Assembly: GCA_035537835.1 (NCBI GenBank)
Contig: DATLLN010000118.1
Location: 1 to 41,540 of the forward strand
Source of the DNA: Gaiellales bacterium
GTDB taxonomy: Bacteria > Actinomycetota > Thermoleophilia > Gaiellales > JAICJC01
Length of the DNA stretch: 41,540 nt
Direction of reading: 5' to 3'
Shown piece after piece: positions 10,394 to 21,415 of this stretch (its first letter is position 1; every line of letters begins with the position of its first letter). The notes beneath the pieces were generated by a model. That model searched no databases. It had not been told where the DNA came from and saw only the letters and a program-made list of their open reading frames with translations. Made by a program: the position numbers and the translations under genes.

Positions 10394-11271
10394 GCCCGGG
10401 GGTGGGCCCGCTGGTACGCCTCGCGGACGTGCTCGGCGGAGACGTGCGTGTAGACCTGGGTCGTCTCGATCGTGGCGTGCCCGAGCATCTCCTGCACGCT
10501 GCGCAGGTCGCAGCCGCCCTCGATCAGATGCGTCGCGAACGAGTGGCGAAGCGTGTGCGGCGTGACGATCTTCTGCACCCCGGCCGCGCGCGCGTGCTCG
10601 CGGACGAGCTGGAAGACGGCCTGCCGGGTGATGCCCTGGCCGCGGTGGTTGAGGAACAGGATGTCGCCGCGCTGCATGCGTCCGAGATGCGGGCGCCCGC
10701 GCTGCATGTAGACGCGGATGGCGTCGATCGCGCGGCCGCCGGTGGGGACGATCCGCTGCCGGGCACCCTTGCCCATGCAGCGAACCAGACCCTCCTCGAG
10801 GTCGACGTCCGAGACGCGGAGCGCGACCAGCTCGGAGACGCGCAGGCCGGCGCCGTACATCAGCTCGAGCATCGCGCGGTCTCGGAGACCCCGCGGCGAG
10901 CCGTCGGGCTGGGTGACGATGCGGTCGGCCTCCTCCGGCGTCAGCGGCTCCGGGAGCCGGCGGCCGAGCCGGGGAAGCGGCACCCCGCGGCCGGCGTCCG
11001 GCCGTCCGCCCTCGCGGGCGCGGTGCTTCAGAAAGGCGCGCACGGCGGCGAGCCGGCGGCGCACGGTGGCGGGCGAGAGCCCGCGATCGCGGAGCGCGAC
11101 GGCGTACTCGTCGAGCACCGAGACGTCGACCGTGTCGGGGTCGGCGTGCTCGATGAACATGCCGAGATCGATCAGGTCACGGCGGTAGGCCTCGATCGTG
11201 TGCGGCGACGCGCCACGCTCGAGCTGCAGGCTGGTCAGGAAGTCGTTGAGCTTGGCGTCATACGTCCTCAT
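10390..11271 (-). CDS. xerD: Site-specific tyrosine recombinase XerD (XerC/D family)
   Basis: The product has the N-terminal SAM-like domain (LQLERGASPHTIEAYRRDL) and catalytic motifs (LRVSEL, HTLRHSFATHL, LGHATIETTQVYTHV). The tlyA-nadK-recN...pyrG...xerD neighbourhood resembles mycobacteria, as I recall it. The start was trimmed to the ATG at 11271. Confidence 0.85.
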   Translation of the reverse strand: MRTYDAKLNDFLTSLQLERGASPHTIEAYRRDLIDLGMFIEHADPDTVDVSVLDEYAVALRDRGLSPATVRRRLAAVRAFLKHRAREGGRPDAGRGVPLPRLGRRLPEPLTPEEADRIVTQPDGSPRGLRDRAMLELMYGAGLRVSELVALRVSDVDLEEGLVRCMGKGARQRIVPTGGRAIDAIRVYMQRGRPHLGRMQRGDILFLNHRGQGITRQAVFQLVREHARAAGVQKIVTPHTLRHSFATHLIEGGCDLRSVQEMLGHATIETTQVYTHVSAEHVREAYQRAHPRA

Positions 11272-11334
11272 GGCGCCCCCATTCGCCACGGTCGTCACGA
11301 CTCCTTCTCGATCCGGTGGCCGATACTGGACGTA

Positions 11335-12372
11335 ATGCGCCAGCGGCTGACGACGATCCTCGTGCTCGCGCTGGTCGGTGCGCTGGTCGTTGCCGTGGTG
11401 GTCGACACCGAGCGCGGGGGCGGTCAGCACGACCGCCCGGTGCGTGGCCCCGCGCCGCGTGTGGAGCCCCTCGCTGCCGGCGTGCTGGGCGGCAGGCTGC
11501 TGTACGCCGACACCGACTGCCGAATCGTGCAGGTCGACCTGGCGACGTTGTCGTCGGAGACGCTGACAGGGAGCGGCGGGCACTGCAGGTTCTGGCCCTC
11601 GCCCGACGGGCGCTGGCTGGCGATGCACATCGGCAGGCCGTTCGTTCCTCCCGTTCCGCTCGAGCTGCTCAACCTGCGCACCGGGCGGATCACCCGGCCG
11701 CTGCACCGGCCGGACTTCGCCGTCGCGCCGCCGGCGTGGAGCGCGGACTCGCGGACGCTGGCGGTGTGCGATGCGCGGAATCCCGGCGAGCGGCTGGTGC
11801 GGGTCGACGTCGCCAGCGGGCGCGTCAGCCCGGTGCGCCGCGACGCGTGCTTCCCGGCGTACGCCGCCGGCAAGCTCGCGTATCGCGAGGTGGGCGGCGC
11901 GGTCGACCTGGACGGTCAGACGCTGGCCGACGCCGGAACGCTGACGCGGCTGCTCGGCTTCGCCGTGGATCAGATCCCCGGGATCACCGGGCAGGGCTCG
12001 ACGCTGGCGGTGCCGACGACCCGTGTGACCGTGCCCGGCGCGGCGCCGCCGCTGACCACCGTGGTGCTCTACGACGGCGGTGACGGCAAGGTCAGCCAGG
12101 TCTGGCAGTCGGGCGTGATCGCCCAGGAGGTGACCCTGCTCGACGATGGGCGGATCGTGGCCGCCCGCGCAGACGACCGGCTGTTCATCCGCACACTCAG
12201 CGGCCGCCGGCTGACCAGCACGGGCGACCTGCCGATCGTCGCCGCGGCCGCGTCGCCGGACGGGCGGACGCTGGCCCTGGCCACCCCCGGTCGGCTGATT
12301 CTCGCCGATGCCGAGACCGGCGCCGCGCGCTTCAGCCTGCCGATCGCGACGACCTGGGTCGCCTGGCGCTGA
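11335..12372 (+). CDS. Membrane-anchored PD40/TolB-like beta-propeller protein
   Basis: The ATG at 11335 gives MRQRLTTILVLALVGALVVAVVV, a transmembrane anchor. Repeated SPDG/SADS-R-xLA motifs follow (WPSPDGRWLA, AWSADSRTLAV, ASPDGRTLALA). The 5' 1.4 kb of the 809-aa ORF is antisense shadow sequence over xerD and the GNAT gene. Confidence 0.6.
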   Translation: MRQRLTTILVLALVGALVVAVVVDTERGGGQHDRPVRGPAPRVEPLAAGVLGGRLLYADTDCRIVQVDLATLSSETLTGSGGHCRFWPSPDGRWLAMHIGRPFVPPVPLELLNLRTGRITRPLHRPDFAVAPPAWSADSRTLAVCDARNPGERLVRVDVASGRVSPVRRDACFPAYAAGKLAYREVGGAVDLDGQTLADAGTLTRLLGFAVDQIPGITGQGSTLAVPTTRVTVPGAAPPLTTVVLYDGGDGKVSQVWQSGVIAQEVTLLDDGRIVAARADDRLFIRTLSGRRLTSTGDLPIVAAAASPDGRTLALATPGRLILADAETGAARFSLPIATTWVAWR

Positions 12373-12380
12373 TCGGGGCA

Positions 12381-12396
12381 GCCCGGCGTGCCGGGC
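12381..12396. terminator. Short GC hairpin between convergent stops (possible bidirectional terminator)
   Basis: GCCCGG-CGTG-CCGGGC lies in the 27-nt gap between the propeller-gene stop (12372) and the ald stop (12400). There is no U-tract. Confidence 0.25.
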
Positions 12397-12399
12397 CCG

Positions 12400-13518
12400 C
12401 TAGACCAGCGCGCCGATCTCGGTGAGCGGCGTGTACGGCATGCCGACCGCCTCGGCGACCGGCTCGTACGTGACCTTGCCGTCGGCGACGTTGACGCCCT
12501 TGGCGAGCGCCGCGTCCTCGGCCACGGCCCGCTCGACGCCCTTGTCGGCGATCGCCTCGACGTACGGCAGCGTGACGTTCGTCAGCGCCCCGGTCGAGGT
12601 GATCGGCACCGCGCCCGGCATGTTCGCGACGCAGTAGTGGAGGACGTTGTCGACCACGTACGTCGGATCCGTGTGCGTCGTCGGCCGCGAGGTCTCGAAG
12701 CAGCCGCCCTGGTCGATCGCGACGTCCACCATCACGGAGCCGGCCTTCATCATCCCGAGCATCTCGCGGGTGATCAGACGCGGCGCCTTGGCACCGGGGA
12801 TCAGCACACCGCCGATCACCAGGTCGGCCTCGGGGAGTGCCTCCTCGATCGCCTGGCGTGACGACATCGTCAGCAGCACAGTCCGGCCGAGGCTGACATC
12901 CAGCTCGCGCATCCGGTCGACGCTGCGCTCGAAGATCGTCACGTTGGCCTGCATGCCCTGGGCGATCAGCGCGGCGTTGTAGCCGACGATGCCGCCGCCG
13001 AACACGAGCACGTTCGCCGGCAGCACGCCGGGAACGCCGCCCATCAGGCGGCCGCGGCCGCCGAACGGCTTCATCAGGTAGTACGCGCCGACCTGCGCCG
13101 ACAGGCGTCCGGCGACCTCGCTCATCGGCGCCAGCAGCGGCAGCCGGCGATCGGCGGTCTCGACCGTCTCGTAGGCGATGCACACGGCGCCGCCCTCGGC
13201 GAGGCCGTGCGTCAGCTCCGGCGCCGCCGCCAGGTGCAGGTACGTGAACAGGATCTGGCCCCGCGACAGCTTCTGCCACTCGCCGTCCAGCGGCTCCTTG
13301 ACCTTCAGCACCATCTCCGACTCGCCCCACACGGTGTCGACGTCGACGATCGACGCGCCGGCCGCCCGGTAGTCGTCGTCCGACATGGCGCTGCCCTCCC
13401 CCGCGCCGGTCTCGACCTGGACGTCGTGACCGTGCAGGCGCAGCTCGCGGACGCCCGCGGCCGTCAGCGCGACGCGGTACTCGTCCTTCTTGATCTCCTT
13501 CGCCACACCGATCTTCAT
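12400..13518 (-). CDS. ald: Alanine dehydrogenase
   Basis: The 372-aa product begins [23 protein letters not shown] and has an NAD-binding site ([14 protein letters not shown]). A GAAGGTAGG ribosome-binding site lies upstream. Confidence 0.93.
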   Translation of the reverse strand: MKIGVAKEIKKDEYRVALTAAGVRELRLHGHDVQVETGAGEGSAMSDDDYRAAGASIVDVDTVWGESEMVLKVKEPLDGEWQKLSRGQILFTYLHLAAAPELTHGLAEGGAVCIAYETVETADRRLPLLAPMSEVAGRLSAQVGAYYLMKPFGGRGRLMGGVPGVLPANVLVFGGGIVGYNAALIAQGMQANVTIFERSVDRMRELDVSLGRTVLLTMSSRQAIEEALPEADLVIGGVLIPGAKAPRLITREMLGMMKAGSVMVDVAIDQGGCFETSRPTTHTDPTYVVDNVLHYCVANMPGAVPITSTGALTNVTLPYVEAIADKGVERAVAEDAALAKGVNVADGKVTYEPVAEAVGMPYTPLTEIGALV

Positions 13519-13557
13519 TGGCCTACCTTCGCTACGGGAACCCGGGAACTCGCAGCG

Positions 13558-13563
13558 ATTCTA
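13558..13563 (-). promoter_or_regulatory. Candidate -10 element (TAGAAT) for ald
   Basis: The minus strand reads ccgTAGAATcgc in the 50-nt gap upstream of ald. Any -35 element would lie inside the M20 gene. This is pattern only. Confidence 0.25.
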
Positions 13564-13568
13564 CGGCT

Positions 13569-14693
13569 TCAGGCGCGATTCGACGAAAGATCGATCAGCG
13601 AGCGCGTGACGCCCGTCATCAGTTCGATGTCGTCGACGGCGATGTGCTCGTCCGGTGTGTGGATCTCGGCCATCCCGTTGCACACGTTTACACAGGTGAC
13701 ACCGGCGGCGTTGAACACATTGGCGTCGGCGCCGCCGCCGGACTCGATGAAGGCCGGCTCGGCGCCGTTGGCGCGCAGGGCGGAGGAGATCAGCTTGACC
13801 GGCTTCGACGACGGGCTCAGCCGGTAGCCGACGTACTCGCTGCGCAGCGAGATCTCCGCCTCGCAGCCGGTGGCATTCGCCGCGCGGTTCGCCGCGTCGA
13901 CGATCCGCGCCGACACCTCCTCCAGCCGGCTGCGATCGCGGCTGCGCGCCTCCGCCCGGAACACGCACCGAGGCGGGACGATGTTGCCGGCGACGCCGCC
14001 CTCGATCAGCCCCACGTTCGCCGTCGTCTCGGCGTCGATCCGGCCGAGCGGCATCTCGGCGATGGCCCGCGCGGCGGCCAGGATCGCGCTCCTGCCGTCC
14101 TCGGGCGCGATACCCGAGTGCGCGGCCCGGCCGGCGAACGCGATCGTGAAGCTCTGCTGCCACGGCGCCGCCAGCACGATGTTGCCGATCGGGGCCGCGT
14201 GGTCGTAGCAGTAGCCGAACCGCGCGTGCAGGCGGCCCGTGTCGAACTCCTTGGCGCCCAGCAGCCCGACCTCCTCCATCGGCGTCAGCACCAGCTCGAC
14301 GCCGGCGTGCGGCCGCCCCTCGCGGATGAGATCTCTGACCGCGCACAGCATCGCGGCCACGGCCGCCTTGTTGTCGGCGCCGAGAATCGTCGGCTGGGCG
14401 TTCACCACGCGGCCGTCCTCGACCACCGGCTCGATCGCCGCCGTCGGCGGCACGGTGTCGAGGTGGGCATTCAGGAACAGCGCGTCGCCCTCGGCGGTCG
14501 GCTCGAGCCGGCAGTAGACGTTGCCGATGTCCGAGCCGATCGCCTCGCCCGCGCCGTCCTCGTCCGTCTCCAGCCCGAGCTCGCCGAGGAAGCCGATCGC
14601 CAGGTCGGCGACCCCTCGCTCCTTGCCAGGCGGGCTGGACACCGCAGCCAGGCGCATGAACAGGTCGAGCGGCGAGAGGTCGGCGAGCGCCAT
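13569..14693 (-). CDS. M20 family metallopeptidase (PepT/tripeptidase-like)
   Basis: Family motifs are present (LNAHLDTVP, GADNKAAVA, PMEEVGLLGA, AAHSG). The start was trimmed to the ATG at 14693, whose A is the last base of the M32 stop (TGATG). Confidence 0.8.
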   Translation of the reverse strand: MALADLSPLDLFMRLAAVSSPPGKERGVADLAIGFLGELGLETDEDGAGEAIGSDIGNVYCRLEPTAEGDALFLNAHLDTVPPTAAIEPVVEDGRVVNAQPTILGADNKAAVAAMLCAVRDLIREGRPHAGVELVLTPMEEVGLLGAKEFDTGRLHARFGYCYDHAAPIGNIVLAAPWQQSFTIAFAGRAAHSGIAPEDGRSAILAAARAIAEMPLGRIDAETTANVGLIEGGVAGNIVPPRCVFRAEARSRDRSRLEEVSARIVDAANRAANATGCEAEISLRSEYVGYRLSPSSKPVKLISSALRANGAEPAFIESGGGADANVFNAAGVTCVNVCNGMAEIHTPDEHIAVDDIELMTGVTRSLIDLSSNRA

Positions 14694-16192
14694 CAGCCCA
14701 GGTCGTACAGCGGGCCGCGCCGCGCGCGCAGGTAGCGGATCAGCGGCTGCACCTCGAGGCCGCGGCCGGTCGCCCGGCGCACGGTGTCCTCGGACTCCTC
14801 GAGGTAGCCGCGCCGGTGCACGTGCTCGCGCATCCAGCCGAGCACCACGCCCAGGTCGCCCGCAGCGATCCGCTGCTCGACGTCCGGGTGGTCGGCCTCC
14901 AGGGCGTCCCACAGCACCGCCGAGTACAGGTTGCCCAGCGAGTACGACGGGAAGTACCCGATCGACCCGGACGACCAGTGGATGTCCTGCATCACGCCGT
15001 TGGCATCGGTATCAGGCCGTATGCCCAGCAGTTCCTCGTACGCGTCGTTCCAGGCGGCCGGCAGGTCGGCCGCCGACAGCTCGCCGCGCATCACCGCCAG
15101 CTCCATTCGGAAGCGCACCGCGATGTGCAGGTTGTAGGTCACCTCGTCGGCCTCGACGCGGATCAGCGACGGCGCCACCCGGTTGACGTGGCGGTACACG
15201 TCATCGACATCCACGCCGGCCATCGCCTCGGGGAACGCCTCGCGCATCAGCGGGGTGTACCGCTCCCAGAACGCCCGGCTGCGGCCGACGATGTTCTCCC
15301 ACAGGCGCGACTGTGACTCGTGGATGCCGTGCGACGGCGCCTCGGCGACCGGCGTGTCCTCGTACGCCGGGTCGAAGCCCTGCTCGTACAAGCCGTGGCC
15401 GCACTCGTGGATCGTGGCGAACAGCCCGCTGAACGGATCGAGCTCATCGATCCGCGTCGTCAGCCGGACGTCGCGCAGCGCCGCCGAGGAGCTGAACGGG
15501 TGCGCCGACACGTCCTGCCGCCCAGCGTCCAGGTCGAAGCCGAGATCGCGGAGCACCTCGATCGTGAACGCCCACTGGGCCTCGGCGGGAAAGGAGCGCC
15601 CCTCGAAGGGCGCCGGAGGCAGCTGTCTGGCGGCCTGGATCTCGCCCAGCAGGCTGAGGGTCTCGTCGCGCAGCTCGCCGAGCAACGGCTCCAGCCGCGC
15701 GGCCGTCATCTCCGGCTCGAACTCGTCGAGCAGCGCGTCGTACGCCTCGCCGGAGTACCCGACCAGCTCGGCCTCCTCGCGCTTCAGCTCGATGATCTCC
15801 TCGAGCGAGGGCAGGAACGCCGCGAAGTCGTTCTCGCTGCGGGCGACGCGCCAGATGGTCGATCCTCGGCTCTCGGCGAACGCCATCCGCTGCGCGAACT
15901 CGACCGGCAGCTTGACCGCGCGCTCGTGCCGGCGCCGCGTGTTGCGCACCATGGCCGCGCGGGCCGGATCCGGGTCATCCGCCAGCTCCTCGAGCAGCTC
16001 GCCCAGGCGCGGGTCCGAGATCCGCTCGTGGTAGATGCCGCGCATCGTCGCCTGCTGGCGCGCCCGAGCCTCCGCCCCGCGGAGCGGCATCTTCGCCTCC
16101 TTGTCCCAGCCGAGCAGCTCGCGGACGTGCGCGAGGTCGGCGAGCTCGCGCATCCGCGTGTCCAGCGCAGCCCAGGAGTCGACGTCGATCAT
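14693..16192 (-). CDS. Carboxypeptidase Taq-type (M32) metallopeptidase
   Basis: The 499-aa product has HECGHGLYEQG (HExxH) together with HPF, DVRLTTR and IRVEADEVTYNLHI, which are typical of M32. Confidence 0.9.
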   Translation of the reverse strand: MIDVDSWAALDTRMRELADLAHVRELLGWDKEAKMPLRGAEARARQQATMRGIYHERISDPRLGELLEELADDPDPARAAMVRNTRRRHERAVKLPVEFAQRMAFAESRGSTIWRVARSENDFAAFLPSLEEIIELKREEAELVGYSGEAYDALLDEFEPEMTAARLEPLLGELRDETLSLLGEIQAARQLPPAPFEGRSFPAEAQWAFTIEVLRDLGFDLDAGRQDVSAHPFSSSAALRDVRLTTRIDELDPFSGLFATIHECGHGLYEQGFDPAYEDTPVAEAPSHGIHESQSRLWENIVGRSRAFWERYTPLMREAFPEAMAGVDVDDVYRHVNRVAPSLIRVEADEVTYNLHIAVRFRMELAVMRGELSAADLPAAWNDAYEELLGIRPDTDANGVMQDIHWSSGSIGYFPSYSLGNLYSAVLWDALEADHPDVEQRIAAGDLGVVLGWMREHVHRRGYLEESEDTVRRATGRGLEVQPLIRYLRARRGPLYDLG

Positions 16193-16217
16193 CCGTTGTG
16201 GAGGCTATCGCAGCGGG

Positions 16218-17864
<1,647 letters not shown>

Positions 17865-17909
17865 GTGCGACCCACCTTTCCCGGAGAGATCCACCGTACC
17901 CGGGAAGAC

Positions 17910-17938
17910 ATCATAGGCCACAGGCGGGACGGAATGAA
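17910..17938 (-). promoter_or_regulatory. Candidate pyrG promoter TTCATT-17-TATGAT
   Basis: The minus strand has TTCATT (17938-17933), a 17-nt spacer and TATGAT (17915-17910), about 45 nt upstream of the pyrG GTG. This is pattern only. Confidence 0.3.
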
Positions 17939-17983
17939 ACACCGGTGCCAAGGGTGACAACGGAGCCACGGTAAACTCGCGCA

Positions 17984-20900
17984 ATGCCTGCCTGCCAGGT
18001 TTGTGGCGTCGAGCACGACGCGGGGGCGCGATTCTGCAGCGCGTGCGGCGCACCGACGTTCCAGCTCTGCGCCGTCTGCGGCGCCGAGTCGCCGACGGCT
18101 GCGAGCTTCTGTTCCGCCTGCGGCGCGGGGCTGCGGGACGGCGCACGGCGGGGCGACCCCGTCGCCGTCGCCGACGAGCGCCGGGTGGTGACGATCCTGT
18201 TCGCCGACCTGGCCGGCTCGACTGCCCTCGGCGAGCAGCTCGACCCCGAGGACGTCCGCGACGTCCAGGGGAGGCTCTTCGATGTCGTCGACGCCGAGGT
18301 CACCCGGTTCGGCGGCGTCAGCGAGAAGTTCGCGGGCGACGCGGTGATGGCCGTGTTCGGGATCCCCCAGGCGCATGAGGACGACGCCGAGCGCGCCGTG
18401 CTCGCAGCGCTGGCCACCCAGCGCCGGTTCCCCGACCTGGCAGAGCGCGTCCGCACGCTGCACGGCAGCGAGGTCGCGCTGCGGATCGGTGTCAACACCG
18501 GCGAGGTGGTCACCGGCCGGGACTCCGCGGCCCGCGGCGAGATGATGGTCTCCGGCGACGCCGTCAACGTCGCCGCCCGGCTGCAGCAGCACGCCGAGCC
18601 CGGCGCCGTGCTGGTCGGCGAGCGGACGATGGGCGCCAGCCGCGGCGCGATCGGCTACGGCCCGCGCACGGAGCTGCAAGCCAAGGGCAAGAGCGCGCCG
18701 CTGTCGGCGTGGCCGGCCCAGGGAGCGCTCGACCGGCCCCGCCGCCGGGGGATCGAGGGCCTGCGGGCGCCGATGGTCGGCCGCGACCAGGAGCTCGCGC
18801 TGCTGATCACGCTGGCCGGCCGCGTCGCCGAGGAGCGGGCGCCGCAGGTGGTCACGCTGCTGGGCGTCGCCGGCGTCGGCAAGACCCGCCTCCTGGACGA
18901 GCTGGCCGTTCGCGTCCCCGCGCGGGTGCTGCGCGGCCGTTGTATCCCCTACGGCGAGGGCGTCGCCTACTGGCCGCTGGCCGAGGTGGCCAAGGCCGAG
19001 GCCGGCATCTTCGACAGCGACTCGGCGGCGGCGTCGCTGGAAAAGCTGCGGGCGGCCTTCGGCCGCGACTCGGAGAGCGCGGTGCAGGCGGCCGCGTGGA
19101 CGATCGGCCTGGACACCGGCAGCATCGAGGTGGAATCCGACGTCGTCCGCCGCCGCCTCCACGACCACTGGACGCGATACCTGGCGACCGCCGCTGCCGC
19201 CGGCCCGGTGCTGCTGGTGATCGAGGACATCCACTGGGCGTCCACCGAGATGCTCGACCTGATCGAACGCCTGGCCACGCGCCTGGAGGACGCGCCCGTG
19301 ATGATCCTCTGCTCGTCGCGGCCGGAGCTGCTGGAGTCGCGCCGCTCCTGGGGTGCGGGGCTGCCGAACGCGACGACGGTCAGCCTGACGCCGCTGCGCG
19401 CCGAGCAGGCCCGGCTGCTGCTGGCGGAGCTGCTGGAGCTCGGCCAGATGCCCGACGACGCGTTGGGGCGGATCCTCGCCCGGGCCGAAGGCAACCCCTT
19501 CTACATCGAGGAGATCCTGCGGATGCTGATCGACCGCGGCGCGATCGAGCGCGCCGGGTCAGGCTGGCGGTCGACCGACCTGCTGGCCGACATGCCGATC
19601 CCCGACTCTGTGCACGGCGTGATCGCCGCCCGGATCGACCTGCTCGACGCGCCGTCCCGCGATGCGCTGCGCCGCTGCTCGGTGATCGGACGCAGGTTCT
19701 GGCCCGACGCGGTCGGTGTCTCGCCCGACCTGGTCTCGGGCATCGGCGGCGGGCTGGTCGCCGAGAACGCGGAGTCGGCGATGGGCGCGATGCGCGAGTT
19801 CAGCTACCGGCACGCGCTCACCCGGGACGTGGCGTACAGCTCGCTCTCGCGTCCCGAGCGGCGCGAGCTGCACGTGCAGGTCGCCGACTGGATCGTGCGG
19901 CTGTCGGCGGAGCAGGGCCGCGAGGAGTCGGAGCTGATCGCCGACCACCTGATCCGCGCCATCGAGAACGGCGCCGACGATCCGCTGCTGTTTCGGCAGG
20001 CGGTCGACGCGCAGCGCCGCGCCGGGCAGGCCGCGCTCGCCCGCGGTGCAGCCCAGTCGGCGCTGCCGATGCTGATGCGCGCACACGAGCTGTCCGACGA
20101 TCCCGCCGAACAGCGGAGGATCGATCTGCTGATCGCGGAGGCGGCGGTGCATGCCAGTGCGGGCGAGCTGGTGCAGGAACGCCTGCAGCCGCTGCTCGAG
20201 CAGGCCGAACGCGACGCCGACGATGGCCTGCTGGCCGACGTGCTGCCGCTGCTCTCGCGCGCGCACTGGATTCTGGGCGACTACGACCAGGCTGCCGAGA
20301 CCGCGGCGCGAGCGGTCGCGGTGCTGGGTGAGGACGCCGACGACGCCCAGCGTGCGCATGCCGTCGCCCGCCACGCCCAGATCCAGATGCTGCGGTCGAT
20401 CCCCGAGGCCGAGCAGAACGCCGAGATCGCACTCGAGCTGGCCAGACGCGTCGGTGACCGCGGGCTCGAGGCGAACACGATCACGACACTGCTCACCATC
20501 CGCGGCCAGGCCGGCGTACCGATCGGCGCCGACGTGTTCCACGCCGCGCTGAATGCCGCGACGGAGTCGGGCAACGCGGATGAGATCCCGCGGGCGCTCG
20601 TCAACTACGCCTGGGTCGCCCAGGCGGACGTCCCGATCGCCGAGCTCGAGGAGGCCTTCCGGATCGGCGAGGCGGCGGCCGATGCCGTCGAGGCCGGCGA
20701 TCGCTTCCTCTCCTACGTCACCTTCACCCGCTGCCTGTACATCCTGGTGCCGACCGGCCGCTGGGACGAGGTCGACGATGCGTTCCGGCGCTGGCCGCAC
20801 CCGGAGACGAACCCCCTGATGCTCTCGCACTGGCTTGCAGTCGAGCTCGCCATCCGCCGCGGCCGGCTGCACCATGCCGACCGGCTGCTCCCGGAGGCGG

Positions 20901-21415
20901 TGGCCATGGCCGAGCGCACATCGGAGCCGCAGCGGATCATCCCGATCTCGGCGCTCGACGCATCGCGGGGAGCGCTGCTCGGCGATGTGGCCCGCGTGCG
21001 GGCCGCGGCCGAGCGGACGATCGCGGCGATCCGCGGGCGGACGGCAGCGACGTCGTTCACCGAGCACCCGCTGCCCCGGGCGCTGGCCAGGGTCGGCGAC
21101 GTCGAGATGCTCGACCGCATGCTCGCGCTGTACGCCGAGGAGGTCGGCGAGCCGCGGATGGTGCGACTGAGGGCCGCCGGGCTGGCGCTGCACGGGTTCC
21201 GAGCGCTGGCGGCGGGCGACGGCTCGACGGCCCTGCCGCTGTTCACGCAGGTGCGCGAGATTGAGGCCGCACGGGGTGCGGTCGTGCATGCGGCGGACGT
21301 CGATCTTGATCTTGCAGCCGCGCACGACCTCGCCGGGGATCCCGCGGCCGCCGCCGAGGCGCGGACCCGAGCGGCGGCGGTCTACGAGCCGCTGGCGGCC
21401 GTCAACTCGCCTTGA
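17984..21415 (+). CDS. Double zinc-ribbon / class III adenylate-guanylate cyclase / P-loop (AAA_16, STAND-like) ATPase / TPR-like repeat protein
   Basis: The N-terminus has four CxxC pairs (CQVCG...CSACG...CAVCG...CSACG). Cyclase motifs are present ([42 protein letters not shown]). Walker A is [11 protein letters not shown] and Walker B is [10 protein letters not shown]. About 650 aa of helical repeats follow, with no C-terminal HTH visible. Confidence 0.85.
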   Translation: MPACQVCGVEHDAGARFCSACGAPTFQLCAVCGAESPTAASFCSACGAGLRDGARRGDPVAVADERRVVTILFADLAGSTALGEQLDPEDVRDVQGRLFDVVDAEVTRFGGVSEKFAGDAVMAVFGIPQAHEDDAERAVLAALATQRRFPDLAERVRTLHGSEVALRIGVNTGEVVTGRDSAARGEMMVSGDAVNVAARLQQHAEPGAVLVGERTMGASRGAIGYGPRTELQAKGKSAPLSAWPAQGALDRPRRRGIEGLRAPMVGRDQELALLITLAGRVAEERAPQVVTLLGVAGVGKTRLLDELAVRVPARVLRGRCIPYGEGVAYWPLAEVAKAEAGIFDSDSAAASLEKLRAAFGRDSESAVQAAAWTIGLDTGSIEVESDVVRRRLHDHWTRYLATAAAAGPVLLVIEDIHWASTEMLDLIERLATRLEDAPVMILCSSRPELLESRRSWGAGLPNATTVSLTPLRAEQARLLLAELLELGQMPDDALGRILARAEGNPFYIEEILRMLIDRGAIERAGSGWRSTDLLADMPIPDSVHGVIAARIDLLDAPSRDALRRCSVIGRRFWPDAVGVSPDLVSGIGGGLVAENAESAMGAMREFSYRHALTRDVAYSSLSRPERRELHVQVADWIVRLSAEQGREESELIADHLIRAIENGADDPLLFRQAVDAQRRAGQAALARGAAQSALPMLMRAHELSDDPAEQRRIDLLIAEAAVHASAGELVQERLQPLLEQAERDADDGLLADVLPLLSRAHWILGDYDQAAETAARAVAVLGEDADDAQRAHAVARHAQIQMLRSIPEAEQNAEIALELARRVGDRGLEANTITTLLTIRGQAGVPIGADVFHAALNAATESGNADEIPRALVNYAWVAQADVPIAELEEAFRIGEAAADAVEAGDRFLSYVTFTRCLYILVPTGRWDEVDDAFRRWPHPETNPLMLSHWLAVELAIRRGRLHHADRLLPEAVAMAERTSEPQRIIPISALDASRGALLGDVARVRAAAERTIAAIRGRTAATSFTEHPLPRALARVGDVEMLDRMLALYAEEVGEPRMVRLRAAGLALHGFRALAAGDGSTALPLFTQVREIEAARGAVVHAADVDLDLAAAHDLAGDPAAAAEARTRAAAVYEPLAAVNSP

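Noticed and set aside
10390-11271. The tyrosine recombinase as a marker of an integrated mobile element or prophage boundary.
   Set aside because: The sequence is XerC/D-like throughout. The gene is translationally coupled to housekeeping neighbours, sits in a conserved pyrG...xerD neighbourhood, and has no flanking tRNA, direct repeats, phage or transposon genes in the window.
17984-21415. The cyclase-STAND-TPR protein as an antiviral system (an Avs-like NTPase, or a CBASS/Pycsar-type cyclase with effector).
   Set aside because: The cyclase is class III, not a CD-NTase, and not a minimal Pycsar cyclase with an adjacent effector. I saw no nuclease, TIR, SIR2 or transmembrane effector domain in the protein or its neighbours. 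The architecture resembles known actinobacterial cyclase-ATPase signalling proteins. It is kept as a moderate-interest finding only.
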